Positions 30,867 through 45,700 of a stretch of DNA of 64,000 nt are shown in pieces. This DNA is from Tubulanus polymorphus (Eukaryota > Animalia > Nemertea). Both the position numbers and the translations under genes were made by a program. The number at the start of each line of letters is the position of its first letter. Positions within the stretch are counted from its first letter, which is position 1. The stretch lies in assembly GCF_964204645.1 (NCBI RefSeq), contig NC_134026.1, forward strand, positions 6,781,950-6,845,949, in the 5' to 3' direction. The notes beneath the pieces were generated by a model that was given only the letters and a program-made list of their open reading frames with translations, was not told the DNA's origin and made no database searches.

Positions 30867-33099
30867 GTTTGAACCCGGGCCTTTAGCATACCAGCCTTTT
30901 GTCTAACCACTGGACCATCAAGTTCTGGTGACTGATATAAGTCAGTCTGGTAGCTGCGGTGACCAGTCAAGAGTGGTGACTTAACTAAAAGTATCTGTTA
31001 TCATTATCTGATTACAATCTTTGTTTATCGGACACCTTTGCACCAGGCTATTTCGACAAGTAAAATGAATTGTTTGAAAATAGCGTATGCACGAACCCTC
31101 CAGCTGTAAAACCAATTACAGCTGACAGGCCCGACCATTCATCTCGATATTCCATGAAATATAACAATTGTGTAGAAAGTTCGTGACATTTCGAAGACAA
31201 TTTGCAGATAGTTGACGATATCGAATGAACTGAAAATCACAGTGATTAAATGTGTAGAAATAATGTTTTGCTGTTGAACTAATGATAGTTAACGGACAGA
31301 AGGTGTCGAGTAATTTAAAATGTCTTCTGTCAGGTATGATCACTGTCGTCTATTGTAGTTGCGATCACACGGAGACGATTTGGCCCGGGCCAAATTGGCA
31401 CGGATCAGGCTCGACCCAAATTTGACCCGTGGTTAATTAGAGCGCGGTCAAATTTGGCACTGGCCAAATTTTCTCGAGCGATCGCAGCTCGTGTGTAATT
31501 GTTGACAACCATGAAACCAGTCAACACAGTGTTCTAGTGTTATAAACCCGCCATCATCTGGTATCATTTGTCCGTGGGCCCCGTTCCCCGTGTCGTTTTG
31601 TTCACTATTCAGACACCAGGGGCCAGTTTTACGTATCATTCGACCAAGAATTATTCAGTTCAAAATTGATCATTTAAATTAGTGTCAAATTCTCACTAAA
31701 AACTGAGTGGGTTCAGGAGCTATAGAGTACTGTTGTTTAGATTGACTATAGAACCGAAGTGAGCTAAGACTGGTCTTGAGTTGTTGGTTGTATAACCGAA
31801 CGAAAATGAGCTTAGACTGAATTGTTAGACTGAATGGAACTAAAATGAGCTCAGTCTGGTCCTAAGTTGTAAGATCAATAACACCAATAACATGTTAATC
31901 ATATAGAGTGTAACATAGTACAAATTTATTTGAAATAATAATTGAACAGTTATTTTCATTCCCATACAGGAATTTTGACAAAGAAAACAGGAAGGTAACA
32001 TGCATGAAAAAACAGGATGATATGATAAATTCATATAAAAAGTTTGATTGTGTTATATGTAATAACGATTACAATTAGTTAATTTATTTCCAGAAAAATC
32101 TCATTTGCGCAGAGCACAAAATGACACGTTCATGCATTTATGGATTAGATACAAACACATTATAAAAACGAAAACTTTCATAATAGGATTATATATAGGC
32201 CTTTGAGGATCGTTCAATTAGTTCGTAAGCAAAAAAGCCGATTTTTAAAAAACCCTCCATCTTTTGTACGCAACAGTACTCTTTAAACCGCCCATACCCC
32301 CTGCACGTACGCACAATGATTTTCGAGAACATACTTATTAGCATTAATTAATGCTAACTACCGTTGTATCTATGAAACCTAGGCGTTTTATTGAGTTATA
32401 GCACATAAAACAATGTTATTCCATGCTGTACCTCAAATGGTGCGTTCTTTCCTCCCTCACCCATGCGCATTTGCTTCTATTTTCCCAGATCCCCTTCCTC
32501 CATATCATGCGTACGTATATACTTATTGAACGAGCCCTTGCATTACAAGAAATAAGTATCAATTCTTATCAAGGTGATAGGGATATGAAGTCAAGGTGAA
32601 CATTATGATACATTGCAGATTACTAGTATGATGTTTACGTTGATATTATATAATCAATCAATTCATTAAAGATGCAATTGTAAGATTTCTACAGTCAACT
32701 TCTAACGTTGTACAAACAGTTTACAGATCAATATGCAAATACGCATTGGATTCATTAAGTTGTTGTTTAGTGTTACAAATCCGATTATTTTCATCGAGTT
32801 CTAGTGGGTTCAAATCCCGGTTATCGGGCAGTTGCTTAGCCAAAGGTTCTTCTCTGAACTCCCCGCAACTAAATGAATAAGAAAGAATAGAAAAGTCGAG
32901 CCCACTAATAATGTCTTCTTCAAGACTCCATGAAGCATTGAACTATAATGCGTCTCAGCGGGTTGAATCGAAGAAACCTAGAATATTGGTAATGATGCCT
33001 CCAGTGGCGTTTACGATGAGTTTAAAGAAAAACAAACATCGAGCCAGCTAATAATGCCTCAAGTAGCGCTTAGCAGGTTGATAGATCAAAAACAGTTTA

Positions 33100-34137
33100 T
33101 CAAAGTTTAGAATCAGAAGTAGAAGCGGTCGCGCTATTTTCCTGATTAGCGGACGCTTGATTGCCGCTGCATATGGCACGGCAGTTCTGCAGAAAGCGGA
33201 GACACGCGTGCCTGAAGTCACTTCCGGCCGCGCAGTACAAAGCAAAATTCAACGTATAATTCAAATCGTAGAGCGCCCGAGTGACCAGCATATGAGTTTC
33301 ATAACTATCTTTCTTACCCTTATTCGCGGCAATTGCGATTAAAACGCAGAAATACGGTAACGTGGTTAAAGCGAATGTAAAAGAAACTGCTAGCAACATC
33401 AAAGTAGCTCTATTAGTTCTGTTATTCACCGCGGCACCGACTTCGCGGTGAGTTTTCAGTTTTATAGTTTTAGCTTTCATGTAACACAACGTGATTCCGT
33501 TGAACAGTAAGATAATGAATAGAGGCAAAGGCGAAGCCAACATCGAAGCTATACGGATATAGATGTAGTGACTGCGCAAGGTTATCGCGCAGAAGCCGAC
33601 AGACTCGACGAATTTGACAGAATACATCAGCGACAAATCGACAATGATCGCCATCAAAACCAGCACTAAAGAACAGACGAACATATTCCGTGTCGTACAG
33701 AACCGTTTAGAACAATTCTCGATACAAACCACCAAAAATCTCTCGATCGATATGAAAGAAACTAACCACGCTCCTGAGAATGTGCTTACCGTGAACAGCT
33801 CCACGCTTAAACATTTGGCATTCGTGTTCAGATCGATAACGCGTCCGTGTCCGGTATGTTCCGCTATGAAGTTTATCCAGACCGGAATCCTTTCGAGTAA
33901 CGCCACCGAATCCGAACAGACCAGGACGACCAGTATCCCCGAGTATCCGCAACTTCGTAGCTTTTTTGACGTGGTCATGACCAGCACGGATAGGGTGTTA
34001 CCGATCAGACCGACCAGGATCGCTATCGGGAAATAGACGAGTATGTACCAGCGACCAGCCGGCGGTAACTGGTTATAACCGTTCTGTAGAAAATTACACC
34101 AAAATGTCGGCAAATATTGATCGGATAAGTTCGACAT
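33100..34137 (-). CDS. Intronless rhodopsin-class GPCR (FMRFamide/sex-peptide-receptor-like expansion), 345 aa
   Basis: Seven hydrophobic segments; GLIGN, LVCSD, ISIERF, TTLP, LNYTLNFALYC..FR. Confidence 0.9.
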   Translation of the reverse strand: MSNLSDQYLPTFWCNFLQNGYNQLPPAGRWYILVYFPIAILVGLIGNTLSVLVMTTSKKLRSCGYSGILVVLVCSDSVALLERIPVWINFIAEHTGHGRVIDLNTNAKCLSVELFTVSTFSGAWLVSFISIERFLVVCIENCSKRFCTTRNMFVCSLVLVLMAIIVDLSLMYSVKFVESVGFCAITLRSHYIYIRIASMLASPLPLFIILLFNGITLCYMKAKTIKLKTHREVGAAVNNRTNRATLMLLAVSFTFALTTLPYFCVLIAIAANKGKKDSYETHMLVTRALYDLNYTLNFALYCAAGSDFRHACLRFLQNCRAICSGNQASANQENSATASTSDSKL

Positions 34138-34980
34138 CTTAGCGCTGCATTCACAGTTGGGAAATGTTTCGATATTAAGTTCCCTTCAGAAGAACACTAG
34201 AAACTTTTCTTCTTAAAGAAAACTAAGAGTTTCCTTTAGCAGGAGAAAAGAAATTTACCTTATGCAGAACGCTAGAGTTTCCTTTAGACAGTTTTCTTCA
34301 GAGGAACACCGGCCTCCTGAGAGTTTCCTCTAATTTCCCAAAGAAGAACATTATAAGCTCTTTAGAACATCAGTTTTAGTTCCTTTATAAAAAGAAAACG
34401 CTGGCAAGCTCCTTTAGATGAACACAAGAAAGTACCTTTTAGAAGAACGTTTAGAAAGAAGCTTTTAAAAGAACTCTGGAGTGCCTTACTTGGAAGACCA
34501 CTTTAGAACATGGGACGCTCTGTACTCGCAGTCGAAAAGGCTCAACGGATTATAAACGACTGGATCTAATTCCAGCGATGACAATGATGATATTTTCACA
34601 TTTATACAGGACCACAATTCGTACAAAACGCTTTAATTTCTAACATGAATGATGTTTACATCGGATATTGTACAAATGAAAAATTTAGAATCATGAGTAA
34701 CCTTTGAAAAGACTAAAAAACTTCCCTGTTCATGAACGACATTTTAGAGCGTTGTCAATTTCCTATCAGAGTTTGGTAGTCAACTTTCAGGTGGACGCGC
34801 AACGGCGTCAGGTGCATATCCCCATAAACCCGTGTAGATTTGTATCCATTTATTGTTTTTCGTTCGTAGTATCGTTGTTAGTATCAACAACAAAATATAA
34901 TTTATTATATGGGACTTAAACCAGTCCACAATAAATACGGGTTAAAGTTGTATGAAGTTAATGAAACTTGAAACCAATCC

Positions 34981-35937
34981 TTATTTGACTGAATTTCGAG
35001 AGCAAATTTTCATACAGAAATATTCACGAATTTCTCGTCCCAGTAAAAGATATATGTAGAAATTTACCACAAAGTTACACATTAGGAATAGTGCGAAAAT
35101 GTCATATAGAAAATCTTTCTGTTCAGATAAGTTTGGTAACATCAATGAAGTGATAGTGATTGGAAGTGTAAATACTGCAAATGCGAGTGAAACTGTTACA
35201 AGCATTATTGTTGTGCGTTTTGAATTAATCGTTTTCTGATCAGACGCAACCATTTTTGAACCTCTGAATAACTGAATTATTATAACAGAATTTGATGTAA
35301 TAATCAAAGTTAAGGGTATGACGTGGAGGTGGATGGTAATTATGGTAAAAAATGTAATTTGGTCAGAAAGTTGATAGTAACATCCGAAAAACTGGTCAGT
35401 AAAATGTATCGACAAAGCAGGCGTAAGACAAATAAACACTGTATTGACTGCAGTAATTATCAATATAACAAATCTAGCGAATCTCGGTGTACATATCAAA
35501 CGAGATGTGAACGGGAAGAGCACAACTGCCGCACGTTCTAGAGATATTGCTACGATTAACCACGAACTATTGCAAACAGTAAGCGCCGTCACAAATTCGT
35601 ATATTTGACAACTGATCAGTGAATTCATGATGAATATAGGACCAAGTTTAACGTGCAAGAGAGCAAACTGTAAAATAGGCATCAAAGTAGAATCAATACT
35701 GTACATAAAATCACAGACCGCCAAAACGATAAGATAGTTAGCGTAAGATAAACTACTGAATCTGCGACTTATCATTATCAAGAAAGAAGCTGAATTTCCG
35801 AAAGCCCCCAACAGGAACACGACAGACAGAATGACCAGTGACACAGTGCGGTAGATTCCTGATCTGTTCACAACTGACATGATGACTATGTAACTGTTAT
35901 AAGTTCGACCAATTTGAATCCGAGTAGAATTCATCAT
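34981..35937 (-). CDS. Intronless rhodopsin-class GPCR, 318 aa
   Basis: GAFGN, LAVCD, ISLERA, FTLP, NFVVNFYIY; splice acceptor TTTTCAG ~15 nt 5' of the ATG implies a non-coding upstream exon. Confidence 0.9.
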   Translation of the reverse strand: MMNSTRIQIGRTYNSYIVIMSVVNRSGIYRTVSLVILSVVFLLGAFGNSASFLIMISRRFSSLSYANYLIVLAVCDFMYSIDSTLMPILQFALLHVKLGPIFIMNSLISCQIYEFVTALTVCNSSWLIVAISLERAAVVLFPFTSRLICTPRFARFVILIITAVNTVFICLTPALSIHFTDQFFGCYYQLSDQITFFTIITIHLHVIPLTLIITSNSVIIIQLFRGSKMVASDQKTINSKRTTIMLVTVSLAFAVFTLPITITSLMLPNLSEQKDFLYDIFALFLMCNFVVNFYIYLLLGREIREYFCMKICSRNSVK

Positions 35938-36205
35938 TCACGTGAGAGTGGCTGAAAATAATAAACATAATGAAATGAACTCAGTATTCGTTGAATCTCA
36001 CAATTCATCTATCAAATGAAATTAATCCGTTGTCAGATATCTTACACAATGGTATCAAATATTGTGAAAGATATCGTGTAGAGTTAGTATAAATGTTACT
36101 AAATCAAATATCAATGTACGTTGTACAAGATTGTTAATGGTGAAAATATCATATAGTAAAACATCTATATAGGTTGGAAAATGTTTGCAGAAGTTCAATT
36201 CTAAA

Positions 36206-36450
36206 GCTAAGCACAGGTCGTCTTACGACCCGACCATCACGTCGTTAATAACAGCGGTAGTGAACACGTGACCATTGATTGCTGATTCGTATGAGCACTC
36301 GAGTCGACTACGACTCGATCATCGCTGAGTCTAAGGTCATGTGATGCATAACACGTCGCTGCTTGGCTACGACGATCTGATGGGTCGTAGAAATAGAACT
36401 TGTCGATCTCACGACGAGATGATCAGGTCGTAAGTCGACCTCAGCTTAGC
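36206..36450. mobile_element. Harbinger-like MITE absent from the paralogous duplicate
   Basis: TIR gctaagcacaggtcgtcttacgacc / ggtcgtaagtcgacctcagcttagc; empty homologous site at about 40690. Confidence 0.75.
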
Positions 36451-36667
36451 ATGTGAGAATGATATCACAATGAATTCATACAAAACGGTCGCGGTCTATT
36501 TTTGTGGCCTATATTAGGAAATAAATAATGATATTTATATTGGGAAATTAATCAATAAGATTCAATTAAAGAAAAAGTGTAACAGCATTATGTATATTAA
36601 AACGGTGGTTACATAAGAAACGCCCAAATTCACCAATATTGATGACGTAATGCGCATTGATTAACAC

Positions 36668-37454
<787 letters not shown>

Positions 37455-38771
37455 TCGGAAAATCTAACGGATTTGGCCTTTAAAATTCGACCCCTCTTGA
37501 AAAATCCGGCGGACGCCTATGCGTTGTGTATATACGTACAGGGTTGGACACGATCACTCAATGGGTGAAATTGAAAACCGATTTTGGTCAATTTCATCTA
37601 ATAATACATAAACCCATATTCAAAAGCTTGTTTTTATTTTCAAAGCGTGTGTGGTATCAAATATTTACGTTTTCGTTGCATCTGAAATCGTTGCATCTGA
37701 ATAAGAATGTGACCTTCATCAACAAAAAACGTAGATTTTTTGACGCCGTAAAAACCGTTACAGTAATGATTGTATACACTGATAACTAATGCGCTACTTA
37801 AGGGGTTGGTGTTAATCAATGCGCATTACGTCATCAATATTGGTGAATTTGGGCGTTTCTTATGTAACCACCGTTTTAATATACATAATATGTAGCTGCT
37901 GTTACACTTTTTCTTTAATTGAATCTTATTGATTAATTTCCCAATATAAATATCATTATCTATTTCCTAATATAGGCCACAAAAATAGACCGATGTTAAG
38001 TTCCTTTCAGAAGAACACTAGAAACTTTTCTTTTTAAAGAAAACTAGAGTTTCCTTTAGCGGAAGAATAGAAATTTACCGTATGCAGAACGCTAGAATTT
38101 TCTTTAGACAGTTGTCTTAAGAGGAACACCGACCTCCTGAGTGTTTCCTTTAGAGCTTCAGGGCTAATATCCCAATAAAGAACACTAAAACTTCTTTGAG
38201 ATCACCAGTTAATTTCTTTATAAAAGAACGCTGGCAAGTTCCTTTACATGAACACTAGAACTCCCTTTTAGAAGAACACTTAGAAAGTACTTTTTAGAAG
38301 AGCACTTAAAAAGTACCTTAAAGAAGAACACTTAGAAAGTACCTTATAGAAAAACACTAGAGTGCCTTTCTTCGAAGAACTCTTAGGACGCTCTGTACTC
38401 GCCGTCGAAAAGGCGCAACGGATTCTAAACGACTGAATCGCAATGACAATGATGACATTTTCACATTTATACGGGACCATATTTCATACAAAACGCTTTT
38501 ACTTCTAACATGAATGATGTTTATATCGAATATTGTACAAATGAAATATTTAGAATCATGAGTAATCTTTGAAGTGACTAAAACACTTCCCTGTTCATGA
38601 ACGCATTATTATCAGTGCATTGTCTCTATCAGAATTTGGCAGTCATCTCTCAGGTGGACGCGCAGTGACGTCAGGTGCATTTCCCCAAAAACCCGTGTAG
38701 ATTTGCATCCATACATTGTGTATCGTTTTTCGTTCGCCAGGTATAGAACAACAAACTACAGTAAAACTTGC

Positions 38772-39310
38772 TTAAGGCCTCCCGCACACGAGCCGGAAAC
38801 TGCGTACGCAAATGGCGCAGCGCAGTTTTCGGCTCGTGCGGGGGGCCTTAAATATTTCGAGCGCATTTTGTCGTTCCCCACATATCCTAATGTTTGATAT
38901 TTTTTGACGCAGTGCCAACTGCGCTCTCGTGTGCGGGTAACTCAGCGCTATTTGCAAGTTTCATTCGTCGTCAATGCGCATGCGTCATTATTCAAAAACG
39001 GATGATAGCGGCTAGTATATTGATTTCAGATTAGAAAAACACTGATTTATGACATGAATATCACTTTCTCTATGATATGGGATTACTTAGATTATCAAAA
39101 TCACAATTTTCCCCTTGCAAGACTTTTAATGCCGATGTAGATGTGTTAAGAACAGAAAAATCTCTTTATATTCAAATAGATTTGACAAGGGCAATAAAAA
39201 GTCGCGAGTAAATGCTGCAGATATGGAGTAAATATGGTTGTATAATGCATACGTGCTTGCCACAGCTCCCTTTGCTGAGCGCAGTGTTCGGCTCGTGTGC
39301 GGGGCCCTAT
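38772..39310. mobile_element. PIF/Harbinger-like element with internal TIR repeats
   Basis: ggcctcccgcacacgagccg / cggctcgtgtgcggggcc ends; 38772-38850 is itself a palindrome; absent from the paralogue at about 34890. Confidence 0.7.
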
Positions 39311-39476
39311 ATTCTGCTAAATGCGTGTACGCATCAAAGAATTTAATTGTACAAGTTTTATTTTTTTGGAGTTGTAGATGTTAACAAAAAATGTAATTTA
39401 CTAAATGTCACTGTAACCAGTCCACAGCTGATACGGGATAAAGTTGTATGAAGTGAATGAAACTTGAAATCAAGAG

Positions 39477-40430
39477 TTATTTGGCTGAATTCCTACAGCA
39501 GATTTTCATACAGAAATATTCACGAATTTCTCGTCCCAGTAAAATATATATGTAGAAATTTACCACAAAGTTACACATTAGGAATAGTGCGAAAATGTCA
39601 TATAGAAATTCTCTCTGTTCAGGTAAGTTCGGTAACAATGAAGTAACAGTGGTTGGAAGTGTAAATATTGCAAATGCGAGTGAAACTGTTACGAGCATTA
39701 TTGTCGTACGTTTTGATTTTGTAGTTTTCTGATCAGACGAAACCAGCCTTGAACTCCTGAATAACTGAACTATTATAACAGAATTTGATGTAATAATCAA
39801 AGTTAAGGGTATAAGGTGAAGGTGGATGTCAATTATGGTAAAAAATGTAATTTGGTCAAATAATTCATAGTAACATCCCAAAAGCTGGTCGGTAAAATGT
39901 ATCGACAAACCAGGTGTGAGATATATAAACAGTGCATTTACTGCAGTAATTATCAATATAGTAAATCTAGCGAATCTTGGTGTACATATCAAACGAGATG
40001 TGAACGGAAAGAGCACAACTGCCGCACGTTCTAGATTTATAGCTACTATCAACCACGAACTATTGCAGACAGTAAGCGCCGTCACGAATTCGTATATTAT
40101 ACAACTGAGCACTGAATTCATAATAAATATAGGACCATCTTTAACGCGCAAGAGAACAAACTGTAAGACAGGCATCAAAGTAGAATTGATACAGTACATA
40201 AAATCACAGACTGACAAAACGATAAGATAGTTAGCGTAAGATAAGCTGCGGAATCTGCGACTTATCATTATCAGGAAAGAAGCTACATTTCCGAAGGCTC
40301 CAAACAGGAACACGACAGACAGAATGATCAGTGACACAGTACGGTAGATTCCAGACTTGTTCACTACAGACATGATGACAATGTAACTGTTATAAGTTCG
40401 ACCGATTTGAATCGGAGTAGAATTCATCAT
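39477..40430 (-). CDS. Intronless rhodopsin-class GPCR, 317 aa (close paralogue of 34981-35937)
   Basis: Colinear, highly similar protein with the same motifs. Confidence 0.9.
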   Translation of the reverse strand: MMNSTPIQIGRTYNSYIVIMSVVNKSGIYRTVSLIILSVVFLFGAFGNVASFLIMISRRFRSLSYANYLIVLSVCDFMYCINSTLMPVLQFVLLRVKDGPIFIMNSVLSCIIYEFVTALTVCNSSWLIVAINLERAAVVLFPFTSRLICTPRFARFTILIITAVNALFIYLTPGLSIHFTDQLLGCYYELFDQITFFTIIDIHLHLIPLTLIITSNSVIIVQLFRSSRLVSSDQKTTKSKRTTIMLVTVSLAFAIFTLPTTVTSLLPNLPEQREFLYDIFALFLMCNFVVNFYIYILLGREIREYFCMKICCRNSAK

Positions 40431-41026
40431 CTACGTGAGATTGGCTGAAAATAATATAACATAATGAAGTTAAGTCTATATTCTCTGAAACTCACAATTT
40501 ATCACTTTCCCATCAAATGAAATCAATCAATTCTGTGTTATCTCATACAATGGTATCAGATTTAATGAACGTTCGCGTGTAAAAAACAATGTCACTAAAA
40601 TCAGATATCAATATACGTTGTACAAGATTGTTTATGGTGAAATATCCTATAGTAAAACATCTGAACAGCTTGGAAAATGTCTGCAGAAGTTCTGAGTGAA
40701 GTCAGAATGATATCACAATGAATTCATACAAAACGGTCGCGGCCTATTGCTATAGATGCAATATAATATTGTCGATGATAAATAATATAATATCAAATTA
40801 TATGATGACGGTTTGAATATATCGCTAATTGAAAATGAATTGACCCGCAACCAGTCAAGCCCCGATACATTGTGACGTGTACCCATCCTCCTAGATATAA
40901 TTATAAGATTCATCAAATTTATAATAGTTCTGAAATATATTACGTAGATTACAAAATAAATGCCAAAATTCACAAATTGTAACTGTTATATTGAAACGCC
41001 AATATTGATGACGTAGTGCGCATTGA

Positions 41027-41732
<706 letters not shown>

Positions 41733-42086
41733 TCTATTGTTCATAACAAACTGAGAATATTTTTGTTGATGGTGATAGAAGGTCATATTTTTATTCAGAT
41801 GCAATTTATTTCCTACCGAAAACGTAAATATTTGATACCACACACGCTTTGCAAATAAAAACAAACTTTTGAATATGGTTTTATGTATAGATGAAATTGA
41901 CCTAAATCGGTTTTCAATTCTTATTACTTGATCATATCCATTTTATCCTCAAACCACTTTTACCTTTTTTAAAAAGAAGTTGACAGTTTAATTTTTTCTT
42001 TTCTTTTTGTGCAAGCAAATTTCGTACGAATCTTTAAAAAGGAAGCAGATTAGAAATGCTGAACGATTGATTGACGTTAACCAAGG

Positions 42087-42233
42087 CACAGGGGCTCGTA
42101 TCAGAGTTGTAGGTAATGTAAAAACGATAATCTGTTAATCCAATGTATATAGTATATATAAAATAACTATATACATTGGATTTAACAGGTTATCGTTTTT
42201 ACATTACCTACAACTCTGATACGAGCCCCTGTG
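42087..42233. mobile_element. 147-bp fold-back MITE with an 8-bp TSD (P- or hAT-type)
   Basis: Near-perfect ~68-bp inverted arms cacaggggctcgtatc...gatacgagcccctgtg; TSD aaccaagg at 42079-42086 and 42234-42241. Confidence 0.9.
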
Positions 42234-42789
42234 AACCAAGGTACCATCAAATTTTTGATTTTCAAAACATATTATTCATTTAACTCACTCATTTATGGTT
42301 GTATGAAAATTTTGACTTCGGGTGAATAGAACAATAATTAATATCTGCTCCAAACAACACCAAGATTTAGCCCGAAGATTAGCCTCAGGTCTTTTTTCAT
42401 TCAAAAAGTCCTAATGGCATGCGTTGGAGAATCCAACGGATTTGGCCTTTGAAATTCGAACCCTCTTGAAAAATCCCGCGGACGCATATGCGTTGTATAT
42501 ATATACGTACAGGGTTGAACACGATCACTCAATGGGTAGTTTAAAAGTAGTCTAAAATCTTATCAATGTCCAGTTTATCTATTTACATACTACACGTAGT
42601 ATATATCTACGATTCTCAGGTGGTGGTGTTGTAATTGAGATAACGATGAACCGGCGGTGTTAAAGACTGAGTGGACCCAGTTATATAGAGTATAGTATTG
42701 AGTATATATACCACCAAGATACTCTCTCAGATCGTTGTACTTTAATACACAGTCTACCCCTGGTTAGAGACCGACACACAACGACAATC

Positions 42790-45700
42790 ATGTTTTCGCG
42801 TTTGCTCCCGAAATACGGCACCGGGTCGTTATCGATTTTAATGCTTCTACTTATTACCGGGTTCGAATCCCAGAAATTACCGTCGCAATTTACGGTCGTT
42901 GAAAAACAGCGAATTTTGGATTTACATAATTGGTTTCGAGCCGATGTGGCCCTGGGAATCAATCCTTATCTGCCCACAGCTTCTAACATGATCGCGCTTG
43001 TAAGTACTGCATATTTTCATCAATAAGATGTATCAGTAATTTGATTGAAAATAAATTAAATTGTACTGAATAATTGTGTTCAACCAATGAAATGTAATCT
43101 CACGAGTTATGAACTTCAAACAAAATCCACTATGTGGAGCAAATCACAAATCAGAAAACTCTAGACTTTTCGGTCTGTGGAAGGGCGTGGAAAACGACGT
43201 ATCTTTTTACTTTTAGATTTCGTTTTAAATATTTGAAATTTTTTTGTAGTGGGTTGTAACATTATTTTGTTCAGCTGCGTCTATTATCAACTCTGCGTTT
43301 ACTTTCATAATGTGTTTACAGTTTTATGAATGTTAGACTAGGAAATTAAATGCGGTTTTGATATAATCAAAATTCTTTCAATATTTCAATTACATTCTAT
43401 TGAAAAACTGTCCGGGCCTTATTTCTAAATTGTAGTTCCGTATTCATTGAAATAATGAAATGATATGTTATCTTTCAATAGTAAAACCATCATAACTACT
43501 TGAAATAAGTAATTCATTCTCTCAATTTTCATATATGGATCTAGGAAGTTATTCGACATTTTTTTCGATGGCAAACTTCCAAAGTTTATAATTCAATGGA
43601 ATATAAAAAAGTAGTTTATTTGTGACAGGAAATACGAATTAGACCCGAATCCGAGTCAAACATTTAATTACTAGTCACTGGCGCTTAGAATTAGTCTCTA
43701 ATTTCAGTTCATTTTTCCATTCGACTTTACTCGTACTGTGGGTCCTGGGAGACAGGGTCTTTTATAGGCTCATTTCATGCACAAGATTAAAACCGACCTT
43801 CGGGATCTGGGTCTCTGGTTCGTTAGGACCCTATAACACTGGGTCTCCAGACTGCGGGGACCCTGGAACACTGAGGTCTCGGGTTCGCTGGGGAACTGGA
43901 ACATTGGGTCTCTGGTTTAATGGGACCCTGAATCACTGGGTCTCTGGTACGCTGGGACCCTGGAACACTGGTTTCCTGGCTCGCTAGGACCCTGGAACAC
44001 TGGGTCTCTGGTTCGCTGGGACCCTGGGAACCTATACCCTTGATATGTCAACAGCGTACAGACAAGCTAGAATTTTACAACTTTGAAATTTTACACCCCA
44101 TCGTCAGACAAAAAAATTCGAGTATATGACACTATCTAATTTCATAAACAAACTTTATTTATTTTACAAAACGAACTTAAAACTGTAAACATGAACTCGA
44201 TACAAGCAGTGAATATCAAGGACGACACACACGAACAAAACCAGACATAATAAAACTAGTAAATGTTGATAAACTTATGAATGAAAGAGAGATTAATGGT
44301 AACTATCGGCTCTCAGTATATTTGAACTTTAAGACATAGAGATAATCGCGATGAAGCAATCCGAGCCCGTGTTGTCAAGATAACAGAGTCCGAAAAGCTT
44401 CCTTGAGCTAGTAGTTCATTTCAACGTTTCGACACTAACTTAATAGTATTCCTGAACCTAAATCCTTCTAAAATTGATTAAACACTCTGAGTCTGTGTTG
44501 TAACGATAACATATAAAACAAGTAAAAGAGTGAAATTTGATTGCAACGTTCTTGTTATCTTCTGATTTTCAGAAAGGCGTCGAAACTTCGAAATACACTA
44601 CCAGCTCAGGGAAAAATTTCGACTCGTTTTTCTTTTATATTGTGGGCTTATCGTACGTAGATATTGAACTTCGGGTGGCCTTCATTACTCTTAAACCCGT
44701 GAAGACCAGCAGCCTAGTGATATATCGAATTATTGAAGATATCTACTACGTAGTTGATGATACATCACTGAACTGATGAATTCCACAGGTTTGAGATTCT
44801 ATCCGCTGTGCGTATGAGATAATATCACTACAGCCATGAAATGATAATGAAATCTCACTTGTATCAAAGAAACGTGTATATACTAAACGAAATGGCAAAA
44901 TATAATATATCTTTTTACAGCATGCCACCCACGCAATGAGGGAAGCAATGTTTTTAGAACTATTCTAGAACTTTTAATCTCATAACTTTGATCCCACTGT
45001 AACTACGGTTCATGGCCAGGTTGCACAATGAGGACTCAGATTTAAGACCAGTCTTTGACAATAATTATTAGTTATATGGCCAATCCGACAAGTTGGGACC
45101 AGGCAGTCTTAAATTACAAATGCAAACCTTGGCACAGGGTATGGCTGTCTTGACCGATGGACTCCGTTGTTGAGGCCAACTGTGTAACGAAGACTTTACC
45201 TAATGCAATATTATAATCAAATCTATTTACAAACAATCCTTAAGTTGAGAATTCTACCTTATCTCTTTACAGTAGCCTTATCCTTATCTGATAGCACGGT
45301 TTTCAGAGTCAGTATATGTCCAAAGATGTCATGTCCGGGTGAAGGCTTTTTCTTGGCCATAAGATTGATGAGCTGATGAGCCAATAAAAGTCTGTTATGT
45401 TGATGTCATATCTGAGTGAATGCTTTTACATCCTAAAATTGGTCAAAGGCGTCTTCGTAAAACAGGCCTCCTGTCCAAGAGGACCAATCTTATAAGTACT
45501 AAAAACAACCTTTCTATAAAAGACGGCCATAACCATAAATTCCTATAAAGAGATCGATAAGATGTCTTTTCACGCGACCCTTCTGATAGGGTGGCTTATC
45601 TTTTCACAGGGGTATTTGATGGTTTTGGATTTCCGGAAATTTTGGAGAATATGAACGCATAGGGGAACCTATGGAGTTAGCCACCTTTTTTAGATATTCC

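Noticed and set aside
30866-30922. tRNA gene (also 29997-30053, 25290-25375)
   Set aside because: A/B-box-like sequences only, no acceptor or anticodon stems; SINE-like remnants.
33157-34036. Plus-strand ORFs opposite the GPCRs (also 35323-35541, 39916-40230, 63074-63259)
   Set aside because: Antisense shadows of the coding strand.
43795-44030. 32-bp repeats as a CRISPR array (also 5893-6232, 15968-16152)
   Set aside because: Contiguous degenerate units, no unique spacers, no cas genes, eukaryotic introns.
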